From assembly GCA_030597645.1 (NCBI GenBank), contig JAUVRN010000001.1, forward strand, positions 1 through 30,047: a DNA stretch of 30,047 nt, written 5' to 3'. The notes beneath the pieces were generated by a model. It was not told the origin of the DNA, made no database searches, and saw nothing but the letters and a program-made list of their open reading frames with translations. Shown here piece after piece: positions 1-8,251 of this stretch. Every line of letters begins with the position of its first letter. Within the stretch, counting starts at the first letter, position 1. The translations under genes and the position numbers were made by a program. Source of the stretch: Candidatus Zixiibacteriota bacterium (GTDB taxonomy: Bacteria; Zixibacteria; MSB-5A5; JAUVRN01).

Positions 1-878
1 CAGCTAAACCGAGCCTCCTTGCGATAGGTGCGAACCGACCCCGAATAGCTCGAGAACTCCAGCTCGCGGGCCAGCTGCCTGAGGTCGCCCGCCAGGTCTG
101 AAGCCGACTGGTAGCGTTTGGCCGGATCCTTGGCGAGCAGCCTGTCGATGATGGGGATCAGTCCGGCGGGTGCGTCCGGTGCGCGCTCCCGCAGCGACGG
201 CGGGTCTTCGTGCACGATGGAATAGACCAGCGCGGCCGGATGGTCGCCCAAAAACGGTGCCTGGCCGGCCACCAGTTCGTAGAGGACGACACCGAGACTG
301 AACAGGTCACTCTGCGGTGTGGCCGGGTCGCCCTGTGCCTGCTCCGGCGAAATGTACGCAGCGGTCCCGGCCGTGGACGTCTCGCCCGATACGCTCTCTT
401 GCGTCAAGAGCATGGCCAGGCCGAAATCGAGGATGATGGCGCGACCTTCTCTCGTAACCATGATATTCTGTGGTTTGATGTCGCGGTGCACCACGTCGCG
501 ATCGTGCGCATGCGCCAGGCCGTCGGCCACCTGTGTGGCAAGCTGGATGATCTGCTTGTTGGTGACGGGGCCTTGCCGGCGCAGGTCCTTCAGCGTGACG
601 CCCTCCACGAGCTGCATGGCATAGAAGATCTTGTCGTCCGCTTCGTTGACCTCGTAGATCGTGGCGATGTTGGGATGGTCCAGCCCGCTGGTGGTGCGCG
701 CCTCGTGAAGGAAACGCGCTTTCTCCTCTTCCTTCTGGGACACGAAGGCGGGGAGAAACTTGAGGGCGACCTTGCGGCCGAGCTTGGTGTCCAGCGCCCG
801 GTAGACGACGCCCATGCCGCCCTCGCCCAGGCGCTCCTCGATCTGATAGTGGGAAATCCGGTTGCCGGTCATATCCAT
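1..878 (-). CDS. Hanks-type serine/threonine protein kinase, N-terminal kinase domain (partial; runs off the left edge)
   Basis: Manual translation from ATG 878 (or in-frame ATG 872): MDMTGNRISHYQIEERLGEGGMGVVYRALDTKLGRKVALKF...HRDIKPQNI...ILDFGLA...GTAAYISPEQ...SDLFSLGVVLYEL...KDPAKRYQSA. All Hanks subdomain motifs are present. It is absent from the ORF track because there is no stop inside the window. GGAG lies 7 nt upstream of ATG 878. Confidence 0.95.
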   Translation of the reverse strand, partial: MDMTGNRISHYQIEERLGEGGMGVVYRALDTKLGRKVALKFLPAFVSQKEEEKARFLHEARTTSGLDHPNIATIYEVNEADDKIFYAMQLVEGVTLKDLRRQGPVTNKQIIQLATQVADGLAHAHDRDVVHRDIKPQNIMVTREGRAIILDFGLAMLLTQESVSGETSTAGTAAYISPEQAQGDPATPQSDLFSLGVVLYELVAGQAPFLGDHPAALVYSIVHEDPPSLRERAPDAPAGLIPIIDRLLAKDPAKRYQSASDLAGDLRQLARELEFSSYSGSVRTYRKEARFS

Positions 879-901
879 GGATTCGCTCCGCCCAGCGACA
901 G

Positions 902-930
902 AGTATATCGCGCCCGGCAGCGGGTTGCAA
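902..930 (-). promoter_or_regulatory. Sigma70-type promoter for the kinase gene
   Basis: Minus strand reads TTGCAA (930-925), 17 nt, TATACT (907-902). Confidence 0.7.
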
Positions 931-1029
931 TGATTGTTGTCACACCCGGGTATACGGAAAACACCCGGGTGAGATGCGTACCGTGAGAGCACGAACCACG
1001 GATTTCACTTCGGGCAGCCCGGGTACCGG

Positions 1030-1854
1030 TCAGTCGTCCTGTTCAGTGGGTTCGTCCGCGAGCGCGGTGTCCAGGTACGTGAAGATCATCGCCCACGCCT
1101 CCGCGGTCGCTTCGGCGTGGTAGCCACCCTCGTTGTTGGGATTCATGAACGCGTGTCCGGCACCGTCGAACACCGTCGTCTTGACATCTTTGCCCAGTTT
1201 GGTGGCCTGCTTTTCGAACTGCTCGACCGACTCGGCCGAGATGCCACGGTCTTCGCCACCGAAAATCCCCAGCACGGACGAACTGATGCCGGCGATCGTC
1301 GCGTCCTCGGTGACCAGCCGCCCGTAGCAGATCACGCAGGCCGTCAGGTCGGGCACCACCAGGGCCGTCTGCAGCGAGTACCCACCACCCATACACCAGC
1401 CGACCGAGGCCGTGCGACGGCGGTCGACTTCCTTTCGAGAACGCAGGTACTCTACGGCCATCTGCAGATCGCGGGAGGCGCGATCTTCGGGCACGCCGCG
1501 CATCAACTCGTGCGCCGCTTCCGCATCGGTGGCCACCTCACCACGATACAGATCGATCGCCAGGGTCACATAGCCCCGTTCGGCGATCTGTCGCGCGTTT
1601 TCACGCACCCAGCTATTGAGTCCCCACCACTCGTGAATCACGACGACACCCGGCCGCTCGCCGGGCGCATCGGGGAGAAAGAGCACCGCGCGCACGGTGT
1701 CGCGGCCGCTCCGATACCGTACCGGCTCTTCGGTCACGTCGTAGGCTGCCGGCAGCGGTGTCTGCGACTGCGCGGCGGCCCGGCTGTGGTGACCCATCAG
1801 TGCGCAGCCGATCAGGATCGTGGCTGCTGCAACACTCGGACGAAGTTTCGTCAT
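1030..1854 (-). CDS. Dienelactone hydrolase family alpha/beta hydrolase with predicted Sec signal peptide
   Basis: Motifs VIHEWWGLN, GWCMGG (nucleophile Cys), GGED and GAGHAFMN. N-terminus MTKLRPSVAAATILIGCALMGHHSRAAA resembles a signal peptide. ATG 1854 preferred over 1860 because AGGGG is 6 nt upstream of it. Confidence 0.9.
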   Translation of the reverse strand: MTKLRPSVAAATILIGCALMGHHSRAAAQSQTPLPAAYDVTEEPVRYRSGRDTVRAVLFLPDAPGERPGVVVIHEWWGLNSWVRENARQIAERGYVTLAIDLYRGEVATDAEAAHELMRGVPEDRASRDLQMAVEYLRSRKEVDRRRTASVGWCMGGGYSLQTALVVPDLTACVICYGRLVTEDATIAGISSSVLGIFGGEDRGISAESVEQFEKQATKLGKDVKTTVFDGAGHAFMNPNNEGGYHAEATAEAWAMIFTYLDTALADEPTEQDD

Positions 1855-1957
1855 GATCATCCCCTGGTGATTGCGCCCCGGTCATCCGTGGGGCCGCGGT
1901 GATTAGAAACTCAATCTCATACTACACCGAACGCGGCGCAACGGCCCAAATGTACGC

Positions 1958-1986
1958 TTGCCTGGCCCCCATCGCGTGGCTAGACT
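1958..1986 (+). promoter_or_regulatory. Sigma70-type promoter for the polyamine operon
   Basis: TTGCCT (1958-1963), 17 nt, TAGACT (1981-1986). AGGAG Shine-Dalgarno precedes ATG 2035. Confidence 0.65.
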
Positions 1987-2034
1987 GGTACGCCCGAACG
2001 CCACGGGGGCTTCGGCTTCCAGAGGAGTCATGCC

Positions 2035-2583
2035 ATGTTCGTACCGCGTTCACTTTACCTGACGCGCGGCGTGGGCAAGCACAAGGAAAACCTCGCGAGT
2101 TTCGAGCTGGCGCTTCGTGATGCCGGCGTGGCCGAATACAATCTCGCCAGCGTCTCCAGCATCTTCCCGCCACACTGCAAGCTGATATCTCGCGCACGCG
2201 GCCTCCGTCAACTGAATCACGGGCAGATCGTCTTTTCCGTGATTGCGCGCCAGCAGACCAACGAGCCCAACCGGCTGATCTCGGCGTCGATCGGAGTCGC
2301 CATTCCCAACGACACGTCCCAGTACGGCTACCTGTCGGAACATCACGCGTTCGGGGTGAAGGGCAAAGACGCCGGCGACTATGCCGAAGACCTGGCGGCG
2401 CAGATGCTGGCGACGACGCTCGGCATCGACTTCGACGTCGACAAGAGCTACGACGAGAAAAAGGAGATCTGGCGGATCTCCGGCAAGATCGTACGCACCA
2501 CGAATATCACGCAGTCGGCCCGGGGCGACAAGAGCGGCCTCTGGACGAGCGCCGTGGCGCTCGCCATCCTTCTCCCGGAATAG
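2035..2583 (+). CDS. pdaD: Pyruvoyl-dependent arginine decarboxylase (PvlArgDC family)
   Basis: SFELALRDAG..YNL..VSSIFPP contains the Ser-Ser self-cleavage site that forms the pyruvoyl group. Also ISASIGVAIP and YGYLSEHH. Length 182 aa fits the family. Confidence 0.92.
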   Translation: MFVPRSLYLTRGVGKHKENLASFELALRDAGVAEYNLASVSSIFPPHCKLISRARGLRQLNHGQIVFSVIARQQTNEPNRLISASIGVAIPNDTSQYGYLSEHHAFGVKGKDAGDYAEDLAAQMLATTLGIDFDVDKSYDEKKEIWRISGKIVRTTNITQSARGDKSGLWTSAVALAILLPE

Positions 2584-2599
2584 AAAGGTATAGCCCGCC

Positions 2600-3733
2600 A
2601 TGCCCGATCCACCTTCCCATCCCCCCCGGCGCGATACGCCCCGGCTGAAAGATCTCGCGCCCACCCGGCCGTTCGAAGTGGATCCGCAGGACGACCTGCC
2701 GGCGATCCTGGACAAAATGACGCGCATCTCGTTTCAGGGCCGCAACCTCGGTCGAGCCTACCAGGCATGGTCGGATGCGCTGCAGGAGGAGACCACGATC
2801 ATGTTCGGTCTCTCCGGTGCCATGACCGCCGGCGGCATGCGCAACATCATGGTGTATCTGCTGGAGAACAGGCTGATCGACTGCGTCGTTTCCACCGGGG
2901 CCAACCTCTTCCACGACGTGTATGAATCACTGGGACACCCGCACTACATCGGTACGGAGAGCGCGGACGACCTGAAGCTGTACCAACAGCGCCTCGACCG
3001 CGTGTTCGACACGTACGTGGACGAAGTCCAGTTTCGCAAGATCGACTGGTATCTCGGACAGTTCATGCAGGACGTCGCCGGGGACCGGCGCGTCGGCACG
3101 CGCGAACTCTTTCAACTGCTCGCCGATCGTATCGAACCATACAAAGTCACAGACGGCATCGTGACGACCGCACGGCGGGTGGGTGTGCCCCTCTATTGCC
3201 CGGCGATCGCTGATTCTTCGTACGGCATCGCCGCCGCCGAGGTGGGCTTTCCGTTGCGACGGATTCCGCAGGTCGACGTCATGATCGATGCGGTGGAGAC
3301 CGCCGAGATCGCCCTGTACTCGAAATCCACGTCCGTCGTGTTCGTCGGAGGCGGCACGCCCAAGAACTTCATCAACCAGGCCGGACTCACAGCCGGCGGC
3401 TGGCAGATGGAAGAGCTGCCCGGCCACACGTTCGCCATTCAATTCACGACGGATGCGCCGCACTGGGGCGGGTTGTCAGGCTGCACGTTCCAGGAGGCTC
3501 AGTCGTGGGGCAAGGTCTCCGAACGTGCCCGCATGGTCACCGTACACGTGGATGCCACCATCGCCCTGCCGATCGTGGTCACGGCGCTGGCCCAGGATGT
3601 GCGCAAAGGCCGGACGCGTCCACACGTACCGGACATGTCCAGGCTCTATGGCCAGGAACCGCCCGTCGAGGGTGCGCGGTATGAATACGTGGTGGATCCC
3701 GAATCGCAGCGGCTGGACGAGGCCGGCACGTAG
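2600..3733 (+). CDS. Deoxyhypusine synthase-like protein (SpeY-type, probable polyamine aminobutyl transferase)
   Basis: Motifs FQGRNLG, LSGAMTAGG, STGANLFHD, ADSSYG, GGGTPKNF and GGLSGCTFQEAQSWGKV (catalytic Lys in SWGK), plus DATIALP. Confidence 0.9.
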   Translation: MPDPPSHPPRRDTPRLKDLAPTRPFEVDPQDDLPAILDKMTRISFQGRNLGRAYQAWSDALQEETTIMFGLSGAMTAGGMRNIMVYLLENRLIDCVVSTGANLFHDVYESLGHPHYIGTESADDLKLYQQRLDRVFDTYVDEVQFRKIDWYLGQFMQDVAGDRRVGTRELFQLLADRIEPYKVTDGIVTTARRVGVPLYCPAIADSSYGIAAAEVGFPLRRIPQVDVMIDAVETAEIALYSKSTSVVFVGGGTPKNFINQAGLTAGGWQMEELPGHTFAIQFTTDAPHWGGLSGCTFQEAQSWGKVSERARMVTVHVDATIALPIVVTALAQDVRKGRTRPHVPDMSRLYGQEPPVEGARYEYVVDPESQRLDEAGT

Positions 3734-3741
3734 GGTCTGCC

Positions 3742-4635
3742 GTGACGGGCAACTTTCTCGGTCTGACCAGGGAAGAGGGTGCGGGCCCGGATGCTCCGTA
3801 CCAGATCCTGCCGGTTCCCTATGAACAGACGGTCTCGTACGGGCGCGGTTGCGCGGCCGGTCCCGCGGCCATCATCGCCGCCTCCAGTGAAGTCGAGCTG
3901 TTCGACGAAGAGCTTCTCTGTGAACCTCACAGGGTGGGCATCGGCACGCAGGAGGTATTGCCGGTTACGGCGGCGGGGCCCGAGGTCCTGGTGGCGGACC
4001 TGCAGGCCCGCGTGGCGAAACTGGCCGGGGCGGGACAGACGGTCGTGACGCTGGGCGGCGAGCATTCGATCACCGCCGGCCCTGTGCGTGCGTATCAGGA
4101 GTACTATCCCGATCTTTCCGTACTGCAGATCGACGCGCACGCCGACCTGCGCGAGACGTATCAGGACTGTCGCTACTCCCATGCCTCCAGCATGAAACGC
4201 GTCCGCGACACCGTGGCGACGACCGTGGGCGTGGGCATCCGCAATCTCTCGGCACCGGAGTTCGAATACGCGCAGCAGACGGACGGCTGCCATCTCTTTT
4301 TCGCCCATCAGCGCGACGCCGAAGGCAACTGGATCAACGAAGCGATCGACCTGCTCTCGCCCAACGTATATGTGACGATCGACCTGGACGGCCTCGATCC
4401 GTCTCTGATGCCGGCCGTCGGTACACCCGAACCGGGCGGCCTGTCGTGGCAAGAGGTCACCTCCGTCCTGCGACGGCTGACCCTGCGGCGTCACGTAGTG
4501 GGCGCCGACGTCGTGGAACTGGCGCCGATCGGAGGCATGCACGCCCCCGACTTTGTGGCCGCGCGCCTGGTGTACAAGTTTATCGCGTACACCGAACGTG
4601 GCCGCACAGCCGTGCACGCCGCGGACAAGACATAG
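3742..4635 (+). CDS. speB: Agmatinase (ureohydrolase family)
   Basis: Mn-binding motifs GGEHSIT, DAHADLR and IDLDGLDP..PAVGTPEPGG. GTG start. Confidence 0.92.
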   Translation: MTGNFLGLTREEGAGPDAPYQILPVPYEQTVSYGRGCAAGPAAIIAASSEVELFDEELLCEPHRVGIGTQEVLPVTAAGPEVLVADLQARVAKLAGAGQTVVTLGGEHSITAGPVRAYQEYYPDLSVLQIDAHADLRETYQDCRYSHASSMKRVRDTVATTVGVGIRNLSAPEFEYAQQTDGCHLFFAHQRDAEGNWINEAIDLLSPNVYVTIDLDGLDPSLMPAVGTPEPGGLSWQEVTSVLRRLTLRRHVVGADVVELAPIGGMHAPDFVAARLVYKFIAYTERGRTAVHAADKT

Positions 4636-4636
4636 A

Positions 4637-4663
4637 CGTGTCAGGGCCGTGGGCCCGGACACG
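4637..4663 (+). terminator. GC-rich hairpin right after the speB stop; possible terminator or 3' stabiliser without a U-tract
   Basis: CGTGTC-A-GGGCC-GTG-GGCCC-G-GACACG: 6 bp plus 5 bp stem, one mismatch, 3-nt loop, no poly-T after it. Confidence 0.45.
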
Positions 4664-4716
4664 GCAGCAAGCGCAGAACCCTGCTCAGCCTGGCCTGGGG
4701 AGGGATACGTGCGTTT

Positions 4717-4740
4717 AGAACTGGTTTCAAAACCAGTTCT
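4717..4740. promoter_or_regulatory. Perfect AT-rich palindrome upstream of mfd; candidate transcription-factor operator
   Basis: AGAACTGGTTT-CA-AAACCAGTTCT: 11-bp arms with a 2-nt spacer. Confidence 0.5.
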
Positions 4741-4883
4741 GGAACGGGAGTGAACCTCTGACAGACGCAGGACCGCACACGACGACGACTTCCGAATCCG
4801 GGGCGCGGGCCGGACGAGTACGGGTCTACGAGCACCCCGACCACGCGGGCTGGCTGATCGATTCGGTTGGCGAGTCGATTGCG

Positions 4884-7800
4884 ATGCAGCGGGTTCTGAC
4901 TACGCTTGAAACGGGTGAGCTCGTCGATGTATCCGGGCTCGTCGGTGCCGGCAGGCCGGCCGCCGCCGCGGCACTGGCCCGGGCGACCGGGAAACTCGTG
5001 GTGTGGACGCTGGGCGAAGGCGACGCGTTCGAAAATGCCCAGGCCGATCTGCGGACGCTGCTGGGCCCGGAGCTGATCTCCTATCCGACCCGGGACACGC
5101 GACCCTACCAGTGGTCGGTACCCGCCGCGGAACTGGTCGCGGAGCGCCTGCGCGCGCTGACGCAACTGTTGGAAGGCAGCCATGACGGCCGGGTACTGAT
5201 CGTACCGCTGCCCGCGTGGTTTGACGCCACACTGCCGCCTTCCGCATTGCGTCGCCGGCGAATCAACCTGGTGACCGGCGCCGATGCGTCGCGGGACGAC
5301 CTCATCGACTCGCTGACCGACTCCGGCTACCTTCGCGCCGCCGTCGTGGAAGAAGTGGGCCCGTACGCCGTTCGCGGCGGCATCGTCGATCTGTTCCCGA
5401 CGAGTCTGGACCGACCGCTGCGCGTGGAATTCTGGGGCGATCAGGTGGAGTCCCTCCGTCGCTTCGACGTGGGCACCCAGCGCACGGTGGACGTGTTGGA
5501 GGAGGCCGACATCTGGCCGCAACGGGAGTCGCTCGCCAACGCGACGGATCTCGACATCTGGATCTCGACCCTGCAGCCCGCTGCCCGGCGGCAGCTCGAG
5601 CTTCACCGCGACCCGGCCGCCGAGCCACCCGGCCTGGAGTGGCTCTACAGCGTCCTGGGCATCGAGGCGTCGTCGTTGCTCGACTACCTGCCCGACGACG
5701 CTATCATGTTCGTCTCCGATCCGGAACTGCGCGCCGACGACGAAGCCGAACTGCGGCGCGACCTGCAGGTCGCGTATGATCGAACACGGCAGCAGATAGA
5801 GGAGCTGCCCGCGCCCGCCGATGTTCTGCCCGACGCTCGCCCCCTGCCCGAACAGTGGCACGCCTTCGGACAGGTTCACGAACGCCAGCTCGGTCGCAGC
5901 CGCGGCATCAATTTCGGCATGAAGCCGCATCCACCTGTGCACGGCAACCTGCCCCTGGTCAAACAGCTCTCCCTGGATATTCCGCGCGTAACGCTGTGGG
6001 GACCGTCCCGGGGACAGCTCGAGCACACGTGGGAACTGCTCGACGAACCGGAACGCCTGAAGCTCTGCCGTGGAAGCCTGGTGGAAGGATTTGTGTTCGA
6101 GGGCGGCGGGCTCGTCTGCCTCACCGAGCACGAGATGTTCGCCCGCCGTCCCCGGCCGCGGGTGGCACGGAGATTCCGGGAAGGCGTGGCGATCTCATCG
6201 TACACGGCGCTCAAACAGGGCGACTTCGTCGTCCACGTCGACCACGGCGTCGGACGCTATCACGGCCTGCAAACACTCACCGTGGCGGACCGGCCCACCG
6301 ACGTGCTCGAATTGCGCTTTGCAGGCGACGACAAGGTGTACGTCCCCATCGAGGCGTTCAACCGGGTGCGAAAGTTCTCAGGTGCCCAGGGCACACCCCA
6401 GCTCTCAAAGCTCGGGACCGGTGCCTGGGAGCGCATCAAGGCGCGCACACGCCGCAAGATCCTCGAAATGGCCGAAGAGCTCGTCAAGCTCTACGCCGCG
6501 CGCAAGGCGCAGCCCGGGTATGCGTTCAGCCCGGACGACGAGTGGATTCGCCAGTTGGAAGAGACGTTTCCGTACGAAGAGACGCTCGACCAGGCCGCTG
6601 CGCTGGTGGCCATCAAATCCGACATGCAGACGGCGGCACCCATGGATCGGCTGGTATGCGGCGACGTGGGATTCGGCAAAACCGAGCTGGCGATTCGCGC
6701 AGCGCTCAAAGCGATCAGTGACGGCAAACAAGTGGCAGTGCTGGTACCGACCACGATCCTGGCCCAGCAGCATCTCGAGACGTTCACCGAGCGTCTGGGG
6801 CCGTTCCCGGTGCGCGTGGAAATGCTGTCACGATTCAAGTCCGCGGCCGAGCAAAAGGTCATCGCCGCCGAGGTCACCCAGGGCAAGGTGGACGTGATCG
6901 TCGGCACCCATCGGCTGCTTTCGAAGGACGTCCAGTTCCGCGACCTGGGCCTGCTCGTGGTGGACGAAGAGCATCGCTTCGGAGTTCGTCACAAGGAACG
7001 CATCAAACAACTCAAGCATCTCGTCGACTGTCTCACCCTCACGGCGACCCCGATTCCGCGCACGTTGCAGATGTCGCTACTGGGTGCGCGCGATCTGTCC
7101 GTCATCAGCACCCCGCCGCAGGGACGTCTGCCCGTACACACCGAGATCGTGCCGTTCAACGACGAGGTCATTCGTACGGCCGTCCTGCGCGAGATCGATC
7201 GGGGCGGGCAGGTGTTCGTGGTGCACAACCGGGTTCAGTCGATCGCCGCGGTGTACCGGTATCTCAAGCAGCTATTCCCGTCACTGGACATCGTGATCGC
7301 GCACGGTCAGATGAAGGAATCGGAACTGGAACGAGTGATGCTGGAATTTTCGCATCGCAAACACCAGATCCTGCTCTCCACCGCGATCATCGAATCGGGT
7401 CTCGACATCCCGCTCACCAATACCATCATCATCAACCGCGCCCACACCTTCGGCCTGGCGCAGCTATATCAGCTCAGGGGACGCGTCGGCCGCTCTCGCC
7501 GGCAGGCCTATGCGTATCTGATGGTACCGCCCGCCGGCACGATCACACACCAGGCACGCAAGCGACTGGCGGCCGTCGAACAGCACTCCGATCTCGGCAG
7601 CGGTTTTCATCTGGCCATGCGTGACCTGGAGATTCGGGGCGCCGGCAACCTGCTGGGGTCTCAGCAGCACGGATTCATCGAGGCCGTGGGCTTTGACCTG
7701 TACACGCGTCTTGTGGAGGAAGCGGTGGCGGAAGTCAAAGGCGAGGAGCCGGAGGTGCCTCCCTCTGTGCGGTTTGACACCAGGCGTCCGTTGCGGCTGC

Positions 7801-8201
7801 CAGGCGAATATGTCTCCGGGACGGCTCTCCGGGTCGATCTGTACCAGCGCCTGGCCGATGCGCAATCGCCGGATGACGTGGATCGACTCCGGCAGGAGGT
7901 GAGGGATCGATTCGGGCCCATGCCTGAACCGGCCAGCGACCTGTTCGATGCTGCCGTCTGCCGGTTGGTCTGGGGCCGGATCGGCGTCGTGCGTGCCAGT
8001 CTCAGCGGCCCCGAGGTGCGCTGGGAATGGGGGCTCGCCCGGGCGCCGGGTCGTGCCCCAATCGAGCAACTCACCGCGCGAATCTCCGAACCGCACCGGT
8101 ACAGCTGGGGTAAAACCCTGGTGATGACTGCCCGGTGGGGTGAGGAAGCGCCGATTTCGCGCCTGAGAAAGCTCTTGCAGGAGTTCTGGAATGCTCCATA
8201 A
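4884..8201 (+). CDS. mfd: Transcription-repair coupling factor
   Basis: CarD-like [14 protein letters not shown], Walker [36 protein letters not shown] and TRG motif [13 protein letters not shown]. The frame stays open upstream to CTG 4758, so the start may be earlier. Confidence 0.97.
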   Translation: MQRVLTTLETGELVDVSGLVGAGRPAAAAALARATGKLVVWTLGEGDAFENAQADLRTLLGPELISYPTRDTRPYQWSVPAAELVAERLRALTQLLEGSHDGRVLIVPLPAWFDATLPPSALRRRRINLVTGADASRDDLIDSLTDSGYLRAAVVEEVGPYAVRGGIVDLFPTSLDRPLRVEFWGDQVESLRRFDVGTQRTVDVLEEADIWPQRESLANATDLDIWISTLQPAARRQLELHRDPAAEPPGLEWLYSVLGIEASSLLDYLPDDAIMFVSDPELRADDEAELRRDLQVAYDRTRQQIEELPAPADVLPDARPLPEQWHAFGQVHERQLGRSRGINFGMKPHPPVHGNLPLVKQLSLDIPRVTLWGPSRGQLEHTWELLDEPERLKLCRGSLVEGFVFEGGGLVCLTEHEMFARRPRPRVARRFREGVAISSYTALKQGDFVVHVDHGVGRYHGLQTLTVADRPTDVLELRFAGDDKVYVPIEAFNRVRKFSGAQGTPQLSKLGTGAWERIKARTRRKILEMAEELVKLYAARKAQPGYAFSPDDEWIRQLEETFPYEETLDQAAALVAIKSDMQTAAPMDRLVCGDVGFGKTELAIRAALKAISDGKQVAVLVPTTILAQQHLETFTERLGPFPVRVEMLSRFKSAAEQKVIAAEVTQGKVDVIVGTHRLLSKDVQFRDLGLLVVDEEHRFGVRHKERIKQLKHLVDCLTLTATPIPRTLQMSLLGARDLSVISTPPQGRLPVHTEIVPFNDEVIRTAVLREIDRGGQVFVVHNRVQSIAAVYRYLKQLFPSLDIVIAHGQMKESELERVMLEFSHRKHQILLSTAIIESGLDIPLTNTIIINRAHTFGLAQLYQLRGRVGRSRRQAYAYLMVPPAGTITHQARKRLAAVEQHSDLGSGFHLAMRDLEIRGAGNLLGSQQHGFIEAVGFDLYTRLVEEAVAEVKGEEPEVPPSVRFDTRRPLRLPGEYVSGTALRVDLYQRLADAQSPDDVDRLRQEVRDRFGPMPEPASDLFDAAVCRLVWGRIGVVRASLSGPEVRWEWGLARAPGRAPIEQLTARISEPHRYSWGKTLVMTARWGEEAPISRLRKLLQEFWNAP

Positions 8202-8251
8202 TTGGCAGGTTCATTCGGGGCAGTTGATCTAATTACGGGAGACGTTTTCCT

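Noticed and set aside
210-986. ORF-track ORFs 210..986 (+) and 307..930 (-)
   Set aside because: They are antisense and off-frame shadows of the real kinase gene, which uses the minus frame starting at 878 and has every Hanks motif.
2600-3733. DHS-like gene as an EF-P/IF5A hypusination system
   Set aside because: No substrate or hydroxylase gene is nearby, and it is flanked by agmatine-producing and agmatine-consuming enzymes. A polyamine role is more parsimonious, though the alternative is not excluded.
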